From NCBI RefSeq assembly GCF_947503375.1, contig NZ_CANNDQ010000002.1, positions 271,182-335,181 of the forward strand: a stretch of DNA of 64,000 bases. The letters run 5' to 3'. Under the pieces are notes generated by a model. It had not been told where the DNA came from. It saw nothing but the letters and a program-made list of their open reading frames with translations, and searched no databases. The DNA comes from an uncultured Psychroserpens sp. GTDB taxonomy: Bacteria > Bacteroidota > Bacteroidia > Flavobacteriales > Flavobacteriaceae. The stretch's first letter is position 1. Each line of letters starts with the position of its first letter. A program made the translations under genes and the position numbers. Of the stretch, positions 20,072-28,515 are shown piece by piece.

Positions 20072-21937
20072 CTACTGCAAGTTAAGTTTTTCTAAATCGG
20101 TAATGGTAAAGATACCTACTAACTCATTATGGTCTAATACTGGCAAACAACTGATTCCATGATTATACATGAGTTGCTTAGCATCTTCAATACGCATTTC
20201 TGGATAAGCAGTTTTTATATCTTTTTGCATGATATCACATGCAGATTGATCGTCGTATTTTTCTTCTTTAGAGATATCATTTTGATAGATCACACCAACG
20301 ATCTTATTGTCTTTATTGATAACAGGAATATGATGAATACGTTTCCATTTCATAATTTTCTTAATCAAACGAACAGAATCATTTTCGTTTACTGTAAAAA
20401 TCTTTGTAGACATTACTTTGTATATCTTATTTTGAGAAAAAGCATCTCCTTTATCAAAGGTCTTGGCAAGTTTCCACTCACTAACGGGTACATCCTCTTT
20501 TTGGTTCTTATGTAAATGATAAGTGAGTAATATATTAGCTTCGTCTCTTGACACTACTTCTTGGAGTTTTCTGCTGCTTCGTACAAGCCATTTACTACCT
20601 GATGTATTTTTATCTATTCGGTCTTTTATGATGTTCAAATAGAATTCAATATCTACAGGATCGACATTTGCTTTAATGAGTCCGTCATGAGCCATAGGTA
20701 ATAGAATATGCTTTGCTAGATCTTTTGCCGATATGCCTTCATTAAACCAATTAAAATAAGTATCCATTCCTGTTCTTGCTGCTTTTATAAAATTACCTGT
20801 TGCATCTTTGAACGACATTCGCTTCCAGATAGATTTACAGTCTTCAGGCATTCCTAACATGACACCAACCCAAAACATAGCATTTGCAATTTCGTCTTTA
20901 ATGCTTGGTCCAGATGGGATATATCTATTTTCAATACGCAAATGCGCTATATTATTATGTACACCATAACATACGCGATTCCATTTATAGAGTGTTCCGT
21001 TATGCAACCCAAGAGCTTTCAATTCTGGTTTGATACCCTTCTTTAAATCATTAACTGCATTCCCTTCCAAATCTGATGTTACCAAAGGTGCGTAATGTGC
21101 TACATCGTCTGTGAATACATCTAAAATTGAATCTCTGATCCAGTCGTTCCCAAAAGACACTCTAGGCTTTTCTTCTCTTAGTAAATGTGCTTTATTTCTA
21201 GTATCTATACTTTGCTGAAAAAGTGCTATTCGAGTTTCACTCCAAAGTTCTCTACCCAAAAGCATAGGTGAATTTGTCATTACAGATAATACTGGTCCTG
21301 CAATAGCTTGCGACCAATTGTATTGATCTATAATATGCTCTAAATCGATTTGTAAGTGTACTTGAAAACTTGTATTGCATGCTTCAAATAAAATAGATTC
21401 ATGATCTAGAATCAACTCATCTATACCTCTAACCTGTACTCTAAAATCTTTCCCTCTAACCTTGCGCATCACATCATTTAAAACCTTATAACGTTGATGT
21501 GGTGTCATATTTTCAAAAACGAGGTCTTTGCGTTTAAAAGTTGGAAGTATTCCTGCGAGAATAATTTTGTTTTGATCGATACTATTAGCACATAGCTTGG
21601 CTTTATCTACCAAATTGAATAAGTCGGTTTCCATTTGAGAAAAACACTTCCCACTTAATACTAATGGATCTAAATTGGCTTCTATATTAAAAAGTCCGAG
21701 CTCTGTTGTAAAATGTTTGTCATCAATTTCATCTAATATCTGTAAGGCGTTAAATGATGGCCTATAATATTTATCTACAATGCACAATTCTTGCTCTGCA
21801 CCTATGCGCTGTGTTCCTTTCTCGAAAGCATCAGTTTCAATCATTAGCTTTAATGCCTCTAAATCATTTAATAAATGATTAATGAATTGCTTGCGTTGAG
21901 ACTGGTTAGTAATTGGTTGAACTGATTGTGATCCCAT
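20072..21937 (-). CDS. GCS2/YbdK-like carboxylate-amine ligase fused to a C-terminal CBS-domain pair
   Basis: N-terminal motifs IGAEQELCIVD and NTSFQVHLQI resemble glutamate-cysteine ligase family 2. The last ~130 aa form two CBS motifs (IHHIPVINKDNKIVGVI, ISCLPVLDHNELVGIFTITDL). Confidence 0.7.
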   Translation of the reverse strand: MGSQSVQPITNQSQRKQFINHLLNDLEALKLMIETDAFEKGTQRIGAEQELCIVDKYYRPSFNALQILDEIDDKHFTTELGLFNIEANLDPLVLSGKCFSQMETDLFNLVDKAKLCANSIDQNKIILAGILPTFKRKDLVFENMTPHQRYKVLNDVMRKVRGKDFRVQVRGIDELILDHESILFEACNTSFQVHLQIDLEHIIDQYNWSQAIAGPVLSVMTNSPMLLGRELWSETRIALFQQSIDTRNKAHLLREEKPRVSFGNDWIRDSILDVFTDDVAHYAPLVTSDLEGNAVNDLKKGIKPELKALGLHNGTLYKWNRVCYGVHNNIAHLRIENRYIPSGPSIKDEIANAMFWVGVMLGMPEDCKSIWKRMSFKDATGNFIKAARTGMDTYFNWFNEGISAKDLAKHILLPMAHDGLIKANVDPVDIEFYLNIIKDRIDKNTSGSKWLVRSSRKLQEVVSRDEANILLTYHLHKNQKEDVPVSEWKLAKTFDKGDAFSQNKIYKVMSTKIFTVNENDSVRLIKKIMKWKRIHHIPVINKDNKIVGVIYQNDISKEEKYDDQSACDIMQKDIKTAYPEMRIEDAKQLMYNHGISCLPVLDHNELVGIFTITDLEKLNLQ

Positions 21938-21986
21938 AATATTTGTACATGATTATCAAATTTAAAACATTAACACCAATGCTTTT

Positions 21987-22000
21987 ATGACTTTTGTCAT
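21987..22000. promoter_or_regulatory. perfect palindrome ATGACTTTTGTCAT shared by divergent promoters
   Basis: -7 boxes sit at the same 29.5-bp offset on both sides. TAAATTTG is on the minus strand (21957-21964). TACCTTTA is on the plus strand (22023-22030). Confidence 0.7.
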
Positions 22001-22056
22001 AGTAAAACTTTTATGATAATGCTACCTTTATTATGAACTAATAAATACTGTTAATC

Positions 22057-22476
22057 ATGAAAAAAAGAACACCTATTTCAGCAATTATGACCAAAGATGT
22101 CATTACACTAAATCATACAGACAATCTGGATAATGCAGAATCATTGTTTAAAAAACATAATATTAGACACATTCCAGTTGTAAGTGGCAACGAAATTATA
22201 GGCATGTTGAGTTACACCGATTTGTTACGTATAAGTTTTGCTGATGCCATTGATGAAGATGAAAGTACTGTAGATACTATTGTGTATAACATGTTTACTA
22301 TAGAACAAGTTATGGCTAAAAACTTGACTAGTGTTAGCCCAACTACAACCATAAAAGAAACTGCAGAAATTCTTTCAAAAAAAGAATTCCATGCTTTACC
22401 AGTAGTTGAAGATGGAAATCTTGTTGGCATCGTAACAACGACAGACCTAATCAATTATTTACTTGAACAATTTTGA
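22057..22476 (+). CDS. stand-alone CBS-domain pair protein
   Basis: 139 aa made of two CBS motifs (IRHIPVVSGNEIIGMLSYTDL; FHALPVVEDGNLVGIVTTTDL). Confidence 0.85.
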   Translation: MKKRTPISAIMTKDVITLNHTDNLDNAESLFKKHNIRHIPVVSGNEIIGMLSYTDLLRISFADAIDEDESTVDTIVYNMFTIEQVMAKNLTSVSPTTTIKETAEILSKKEFHALPVVEDGNLVGIVTTTDLINYLLEQF

Positions 22477-22566
22477 AGTTATTGAATAATAAAACTTATT
22501 GACAAGGTCATAAAAGCAATTGTTTTTATTAGTTTAGATGACTAATACTAAGTGATAATTGCTTTT

Positions 22567-22580
22567 ATGACTTTTATCAT
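22567..22580 (+). promoter_or_regulatory. Crp/Fnr-type box ATGACTTTTATCAT upstream of CoA-transferase gene
   Basis: The core and its 5' flank (GCTTTT) are nearly identical to the 21987 site. The -7-like box AACCTTTA at 22603-22610 has the same offset. Confidence 0.6.
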
Positions 22581-22636
22581 TTTAAATAAACAATCAACGA
22601 GCAACCTTTACGCTTTTAACACTTATAAAAAATAAC

Positions 22637-23917
22637 ATGAATACTCCAAAAACAGTCACTGCAAGGGAAGCTGTGTCTATCGTTAAATCAAATGATCGTG
22701 TATTCTTTCAAGGTGCAGCAATGACTCCAAATTTACTTATAGATAATTTGTGTGATCGCTACCAAGAACTTAATAATGTTCAAATTATTCAAATACATAC
22801 CGATGGTGAAGCCAAATATATGGAAGCACCTTATAGTAATTCATTTAAACTATACAGTTGTTTTGTAGGTAGCAACGTAAGGAAAGGTGTCAATTCTAAT
22901 AATGGTGATTATATTCCTATTTTTTTAAGTGAGATACACTTGCTATTTAGAAGAGCCATCTTGCCGCTAGATGTTGCTTTTATTCAAGTATCTCCACCAG
23001 ACAAACATGGTTATTGTTCTTTAGGCACTTCAGTAGACGTTACGTTACCAGCAATACAAACTGCAAAAGCTGTAGTAGCTTTAGTAAACCCTCAAGTTCC
23101 AAGAACGCATGGAGATGGTATCATACACATGAAAAATATAGATTATGCTGTTGAGATAGATAAACCTATTCATCAAGCTGTTTCTCAAGAACTTTCAGAA
23201 ACTGAACGTAAAATTGGTAAATACGTTGCCGAATTAGTAGAAGATGGTGCTACTTTACAAATGGGAATAGGAAATATTCCAAATGCGGTATTACACAACC
23301 TAACCAACCATAAAAGACTTGGAATTCATACTGAAATGTTTTCTGACGGTATTTTACCACTAATTGAAAAAGGAATCATTACTGGCGAAGAAAAAGAAAT
23401 TAAAACTGGGAAGATTGTCACCTGTTTTACCGTTGGTACCCAAAAACTGTATAACTTTATTGACGATAACCCTCTCGTTCATTTCAAAGAAGCTGGTTAC
23501 ACTAATGATACTTCAATTATAAAACTAAACCCAAAAGTAACAGCTATTAACAGTGCTATAGAAATAGATATTACTGGACAAGTCTGCGCTGATACCATTG
23601 GCAAATATCAATATTCTGGAGTTGGAGGACAAATGGACTTTATACGAGGTGCATCACTATCTAAAGGTGGTAAAGCTATTTTCGCAATGCCGTCAATAAC
23701 CACAAAAGGCGTTTCAAAGATATCGTCGTTTTTGAAAGAAGGCGCTGGAGTGACTACTACAAGAGCTCATGTACATTACGTGGCTACAGAATATGGTGTG
23801 GTTAACTTATTTGGAAAAAGCTTAAAGCAACGCGCTGAAGCTTTAATCTCTATATCACATCCAAACTTTAGAGAAGCATTAGAGCGTGATGCACATAATA
23901 GGTTCTCTAATTTGTAA
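22637..23917 (+). CDS. acetyl-CoA hydrolase/transferase family protein (4-hydroxybutyrate/succinyl-CoA:acetate CoA-transferase-like)
   Basis: Family motifs MGIGNIPNAV, GVGGQMDF and ATEYGVVNL. 426 aa. Confidence 0.8.
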   Translation: MNTPKTVTAREAVSIVKSNDRVFFQGAAMTPNLLIDNLCDRYQELNNVQIIQIHTDGEAKYMEAPYSNSFKLYSCFVGSNVRKGVNSNNGDYIPIFLSEIHLLFRRAILPLDVAFIQVSPPDKHGYCSLGTSVDVTLPAIQTAKAVVALVNPQVPRTHGDGIIHMKNIDYAVEIDKPIHQAVSQELSETERKIGKYVAELVEDGATLQMGIGNIPNAVLHNLTNHKRLGIHTEMFSDGILPLIEKGIITGEEKEIKTGKIVTCFTVGTQKLYNFIDDNPLVHFKEAGYTNDTSIIKLNPKVTAINSAIEIDITGQVCADTIGKYQYSGVGGQMDFIRGASLSKGGKAIFAMPSITTKGVSKISSFLKEGAGVTTTRAHVHYVATEYGVVNLFGKSLKQRAEALISISHPNFREALERDAHNRFSNL

Positions 23918-23923
23918 CTCAAT

Positions 23924-23956
23924 AAAAAAGAAGCCAGATAAAATCTGGCTTTTTTA
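23924..23956. terminator. bidirectional rho-independent terminator
   Basis: Stem AGCCAGAT (23932-23939) / ATCTGGCT (23943-23950), flanked by A6 and T6 runs. Confidence 0.8.
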
Positions 23957-23975
23957 TAAACTATAATTTTAAGAA

Positions 23976-24809
23976 TTAGATCTTAAATGTTAGTACTGGT
24001 AATGTAGAGTGGTTAGCAATATCTTCACCTATACTTCCACTAAAAAAATGAGCAATACCCTTTCTTCCATGAGTAGGTACAGCAATTAAGTCGGCGCCTA
24101 CAATATTAGAAAAATTCAACACGCCACTTTCTACAGTATAATCTGAAATATAATGCACATTATTAATAGCATTTACGTTTCCATCAGCTTTTTCTAAAAA
24201 CCTAGCTACAGTAGCTTCCATTTCTGTAGAACTTTTAAAACGCTCTCCTGGTAAGTTAACATAAAGTAGTTTTAAATCTGATCCAGAATCTTTAAAAAAC
24301 TGTCTCGCTTTTAGATAAGGTGCTACCATTTCATCACTAAAATCACATGCAAATACAACGGTTTCAACTTGAACACTTTCAGGTTTTTGTTTAACTACTA
24401 GCACAGGAATGTTTGAATGTCTTACCACTTTCTCTGTATTAGACCCAACGAAAATCTCTGATAAACCACTTGAGCCATGAGAACCCATTACAATAAGATC
24501 TGCACTGTGGTCTTCAGCAACTTCACTTACCTCACTAAACACCTTAAAATGTTTAACAATAGGAATGATTTTTACACCTTTGAGGTAATCTCGACTTAAA
24601 AAATCTTCGAATTTTTGTTCAGCCAATTTCAAAAAGAAAACAGCTTTAGCTTGCTGCTCATTATCTGAATCGGTTAAAATATTATTTGCCATCTCCAACA
24701 TATGCAATGCTAATATTTCAGCATTATTCTTTTTAGCAAGCATCGCTGCAGTTTGAAGTGCATATTCAGAATGTTCAGAAAAATCTATTGGTACTATTAT
24801 TTTATCCAT
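23976..24809 (-). CDS. universal stress protein (tandem USP domains)
   Basis: Two USP modules (KIIVPIDFSEHS ... VMGSHGSSGLSEIFVGSNT ... VPTHGRKGIAHFFSGSIGE). An Fnr-type box and a perfect -7 box lie upstream. Confidence 0.85.
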   Translation of the reverse strand: MDKIIVPIDFSEHSEYALQTAAMLAKKNNAEILALHMLEMANNILTDSDNEQQAKAVFFLKLAEQKFEDFLSRDYLKGVKIIPIVKHFKVFSEVSEVAEDHSADLIVMGSHGSSGLSEIFVGSNTEKVVRHSNIPVLVVKQKPESVQVETVVFACDFSDEMVAPYLKARQFFKDSGSDLKLLYVNLPGERFKSSTEMEATVARFLEKADGNVNAINNVHYISDYTVESGVLNFSNIVGADLIAVPTHGRKGIAHFFSGSIGEDIANHSTLPVLTFKI

Positions 24810-24923
24810 TTTAAAAATTTTAGTTAAAAGATTATTTAGTTATAAGTATAAGGTATTTCCTACTAATAGAAAAACACATCATCAATTTGATAACAAAATT
24901 AGAGGTTATCCCTTAGAAAAAAG

Positions 24924-24937
24924 ATGACATAAATCAT
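24924..24937 (-). promoter_or_regulatory. Crp/Fnr-type box ATGACATAAATCAT upstream of minus-strand usp
   Basis: A perfect minus-strand -7 box TAATTTTG (24894-24901) sits exactly 29.5 bp from the palindrome centre. Confidence 0.65.
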
Positions 24938-25013
24938 GTAAGCGTTTATATTTTAATTAATTTTAGTTTGAATTAAATAATCATTAAATTTCAACTTACA
25001 AAAACACTATACA

Positions 25014-25640
25014 ATGAAACACTCAATTTTAGGACTACTTTTTTTTGCAATGCTAATGATCACTTCATGTAAAAGTGATAAAAAAGAAGCTGAAACAGTA
25101 GTTGATGAACCTACACAAACCGAAGAAGCGACTGAAAACTCAAGACAACCTACGGAAGTAAAAGACGAGCCTGCATATTACTCTGAAAAACGAAAAGTGA
25201 CTTTAGCGTTAGAGTCTAAAAGTGATAGTAATGTTACTGGCAACGTGCTCTTTACTCAAGATCAAGGTGTAGTTACTATGATTGCTAGATTAAAAGGACT
25301 ATCTCCTGGTGAGCATGCTATTCACATTCACGAAAAGGCTGACTGTTCTTCTGCTGATGGAAAATCATCTGGCGGACATTGGAATCCAACTGGTCAACCG
25401 CACGGAAAATGGGGAGAAGCAACGGGTTACCACAAAGGTGATATTGGTAACTTCATTGCTAATAATGAAGGTAATGGAAATATTACCAAAATTACAGACG
25501 AGTGGTGTATTGGATGTGGTGATGAAACGAAAGATATTTTGGGTAAAGCCATAATTGTTCATCAAGGAACTGATGATTTTACATCACAACCTTCTGGAGC
25601 AGCAGGAGCTAGAGTTAGCTGTGGTGGAATTATTGAATAA
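25014..25640 (+). CDS. sodC: Cu/Zn superoxide dismutase, lipoprotein
   Basis: Lipoprotein signal (MLMITSC). Cu/Zn ligand contexts HIHEKADC, GGHWNP, GDIGN and VHQGTDD. Confidence 0.9.
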   Translation: MKHSILGLLFFAMLMITSCKSDKKEAETVVDEPTQTEEATENSRQPTEVKDEPAYYSEKRKVTLALESKSDSNVTGNVLFTQDQGVVTMIARLKGLSPGEHAIHIHEKADCSSADGKSSGGHWNPTGQPHGKWGEATGYHKGDIGNFIANNEGNGNITKITDEWCIGCGDETKDILGKAIIVHQGTDDFTSQPSGAAGARVSCGGIIE

Positions 25641-25733
25641 ATAACCGAATTAAAATAAGTAGAAAAGAAAAGTTATATAAGCTAACTATAGCTTTTCTTC
25701 TTTTATTTGTAAATAAATATAACAACACACTGA

Positions 25734-26261
25734 ATGCAACTAGAAACATTAATTTCTCAGTTTCAAAATAAGGATGAAAAGGCATTCGAGAAGTTATACC
25801 ATATGTATAGCGATAGTATTCATGGTGTGATCTATAATATTGTTAGAGATATTGATATTGCTGATGAAGTCATGCAAGATGTTTTTATCAAAGCTTGGAA
25901 TAATGCTAATACTTACAATCCTAGAAAAGGTCGATTTTTTACATGGATTCTCAATATTGCTAGAAATGCAGCAATAGACAAGACTCGCTCTAAAACATTT
26001 AAAAATTCTAGTAAAAACCTCAATGCCGAATTTTTCGTAGATATATTACAATCGACAGACGATCTTGATAATAAAACTGACGCTATTGGACTTAGAAATT
26101 TCGTAGAAAAACTTGCTAAAACATGTATTGAAATAATTGAGTTACTTTATTTTAAGGGCTATACGCAGAAAGAAGCCTCAGAGACTTTAGATATGCCTAT
26201 AGGCACTATAAAAACAAGAAATAGAAATTGTATTAAGACACTAAGAGAAATGTTATTATAA
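25734..26261 (+). CDS. ECF-type RNA polymerase sigma-70 factor
   Basis: Region 2 (DVMQDVFIKAW, FFTWILNIARNAAID) and region 4 (GYTQKEASETLDMPIGTIKTRN). Confidence 0.88.
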   Translation: MQLETLISQFQNKDEKAFEKLYHMYSDSIHGVIYNIVRDIDIADEVMQDVFIKAWNNANTYNPRKGRFFTWILNIARNAAIDKTRSKTFKNSSKNLNAEFFVDILQSTDDLDNKTDAIGLRNFVEKLAKTCIEIIELLYFKGYTQKEASETLDMPIGTIKTRNRNCIKTLREMLL

Positions 26262-26264
26262 CAA

Positions 26265-27068
26265 ATGGATATTAACGCTTACATAGCATCAGGAATTTTG
26301 GAACTTTATGTTGCAGGACGACTTTCTAAAAAAGAAAGTCTAGAGGTCTATGAACTTATGCTTAAACATCCTGAAATTTCAAAAGAGGTATTAGAGATTG
26401 AGGCGTCAATAGTTAAATTAACTGCAGCGACATCTCAAAATGAGAGTTCAAAAAATTTAGTAAAAATAAAAAGACAACTACATTTTAATGATTCTAGTTC
26501 AAAAGTTGTTTCTATATCAAAAACAAGAACCAATTGGCTCACTTATGTAGGTTGGGCTGCAGCATTAATAATTGGAGCTGGATTCTTATGGACTATCAAT
26601 AAAAATCAACAATTAGAATCTCAAATTACTTCTACAGAAATAGAAAATGCTTATCTAGAAAAGCAAATTGAAGATGCAAAAATAGATCTAGCTGCAAAAG
26701 AAAACTTACTAAACGTACTAAGAGATAAAGATATTATTTCGGTGCCTTTAGGAGGTCAAGGCGATTTTGCTAATGCTTATGCTAAAGTTTATTGGAATAA
26801 AGCAGACAATAACATTTACTTAGATGCCCAAGGACTACCAGATGCTCCAGAAGGCAAAGTCTGGCAGGTATGGTCACTAACACTAAATCCGTTAACACCA
26901 ACAAGTCTTGGTACAATAGATGATTTTAATTCTGACGAGAATAAGATTTTCAATATTACCAATACAAACGAAAGTCAAGCCTTTGGCATAACACTTGAGC
27001 CAGATGGAGGTAGTGCATCTCCAACCATGGAACAATTATATACTTTAGGTATAGTCTCTCAACCTTAA
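26265..27068 (+). CDS. anti-sigma factor, RskA-type C-terminal domain
   Basis: N-terminal anti-sigma helix, one TM (WLTYVGWAAALIIGAGFLW), and a C-terminal VWQVWSL ... GITLEPDGGSASPT as in anti-sigma-K RskA. It starts 3 nt after the sigma gene. Confidence 0.8.
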   Translation: MDINAYIASGILELYVAGRLSKKESLEVYELMLKHPEISKEVLEIEASIVKLTAATSQNESSKNLVKIKRQLHFNDSSSKVVSISKTRTNWLTYVGWAAALIIGAGFLWTINKNQQLESQITSTEIENAYLEKQIEDAKIDLAAKENLLNVLRDKDIISVPLGGQGDFANAYAKVYWNKADNNIYLDAQGLPDAPEGKVWQVWSLTLNPLTPTSLGTIDDFNSDENKIFNITNTNESQAFGITLEPDGGSASPTMEQLYTLGIVSQP

Positions 27069-27177
27069 TTTTAAAAATAAATCTTAGTTGTATTCATGAG
27101 CATATAACAAATTTATTATATATTCGTTACTAAGCTAGAGCACTACCATCTCAATATAAATTCATTACATATAGATT

Positions 27178-28143
27178 ATGATGAAACAGGTTTTGGTGCT
27201 TATTCTATTTAGTTTTACTTTTAACACATCTTTTTCTCAAGGTACTGTTGAGGCCGAATTTGATACGATTTTTAATTTTCAGTTCAAATCGTTAAAAGAT
27301 AAACATCAGAAAAAAATTCTGATAGATCAATCTCATAATACAATTTATTCGCTCTCCTACGGAAAAGACACAGCTCGGGAAATGTTGAGAATTATGAATG
27401 AAGACGGTTTTGATGTTCAGTTTACAGCACAAGAGATAAATACAACACATTTAAAAACAACTCAACCAGACATGTTAATTTTACATGGCATGCCTAACGA
27501 TAAAATTATTTTAGACAGTGGAGACAAAAAAGAAATCGTTTACAAATCACCATTAACCAACACAGAAGTTGTTGCTATTAGTAAGTATGTCTATAATGGT
27601 GGTAGCCTCTTTTTATTTTTAAGTCATTTCCCTGGTGGAAGCGGAGCATTGCCGCTCTTAGAAGCCTTTAGTATAAAATTTAGAGATGGTTATGCATATC
27701 ATGCTGATTCTCCAGGACACAATGGTGGCTTCTGTAGCCATTTTGTGATGACTTCAAATAATGGAATGATTAATACCAAACACCCTGTATTAACCTCAAG
27801 TCTAACAGATGAGCTAAACCCTAAAACTATAAAATTTTTATGTGGTGCTGCTATTTTCAGAAATCCTGAAGATAATATACTCTCATTTCCAAAAAATACG
27901 ATCAATTTCACACCAACCAATGATGGTAGTGCTGATATAGAAGAAACTTCAAATAGTTATGCAGGAATGATTGGATTTAACTTTGGTTCTGGCAGAGTGA
28001 TTGTGTGTACAGATCAAGGTATTTTTAGAAGTCTGGATCTCATTATCGATGGCGAAAAAATTCCGGTGACCATTCATGATCCAAATTGTGATAATGCAAG
28101 TTTGTTCTTAAATTCAATACGTTGGCTAACTAAATTACAATAG
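27178..28143 (+). CDS. hypothetical secreted protein
   Basis: Signal peptide (MMKQVLVLILFSFTFNTSFSQG). Segments ILIDQSHNT, YVYNGGSLFLFLSH and GRVIVCTDQG hint at a GATase-like/DUF4350-like fold, which is not verified. Confidence 0.55.
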   Translation: MMKQVLVLILFSFTFNTSFSQGTVEAEFDTIFNFQFKSLKDKHQKKILIDQSHNTIYSLSYGKDTAREMLRIMNEDGFDVQFTAQEINTTHLKTTQPDMLILHGMPNDKIILDSGDKKEIVYKSPLTNTEVVAISKYVYNGGSLFLFLSHFPGGSGALPLLEAFSIKFRDGYAYHADSPGHNGGFCSHFVMTSNNGMINTKHPVLTSSLTDELNPKTIKFLCGAAIFRNPEDNILSFPKNTINFTPTNDGSADIEETSNSYAGMIGFNFGSGRVIVCTDQGIFRSLDLIIDGEKIPVTIHDPNCDNASLFLNSIRWLTKLQ

Positions 28144-28159
28144 CCTTAACTTGATTTTA

Positions 28160-28495
28160 TTAAGATACAATACTTCCGTTTACAACTCTTGTTTCCGGAT
28201 TGAGCAGCGTAACATCTTTTCCATCAACAGCACCGAGAATCAAGCATTCACTCATAAATTTTGCAATCTGTTTTTTGGGGAAGTTAACCACAGCTATTAT
28301 TTGACGATTCAGTAAATCCGCTTTTGCGTATAACGTAGTAATTTGAGCGGAAGACTTTTTTATTCCTAAGTCACCAAAGTCTATCGTAAGTTGGTAGGCA
28401 GGATGCCTAGCCTCAGGAAAATCATTTACCTTAATAATGGTTCCAACACGAAAATCAACCTTTGTAAAGTCTTCAAAAGTTATTATATTATCCAT
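28160..28495 (-). CDS. csaA: tRNA-binding (EMAP/CsaA-type) protein
   Basis: 111-aa OB-fold tRNA-binding signature (DFRVGTIIKVNDFPEARHPAYQLTIDFG ... LILGA). Confidence 0.8.
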   Translation of the reverse strand: MDNIITFEDFTKVDFRVGTIIKVNDFPEARHPAYQLTIDFGDLGIKKSSAQITTLYAKADLLNRQIIAVVNFPKKQIAKFMSECLILGAVDGKDVTLLNPETRVVNGSIVS

Positions 28496-28515
28496 AATCT
28501 AAAAGTAAAAAAAAT

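Noticed and set aside
20159-20515. 118-aa plus-strand ORF antisense to the CBS part of the ligase-CBS gene
   Set aside because: Shadow ORF with hydrophobic, low-complexity composition. The opposite strand encodes clear CBS motifs.
25641-25733. Possible terminator after sodC (AGCTA-ACTA-TAGCT followed by TTTT)
   Set aside because: The stem is only 5 bp in AT-rich context, which is too weak to call. sodC may read through into the sigma gene.
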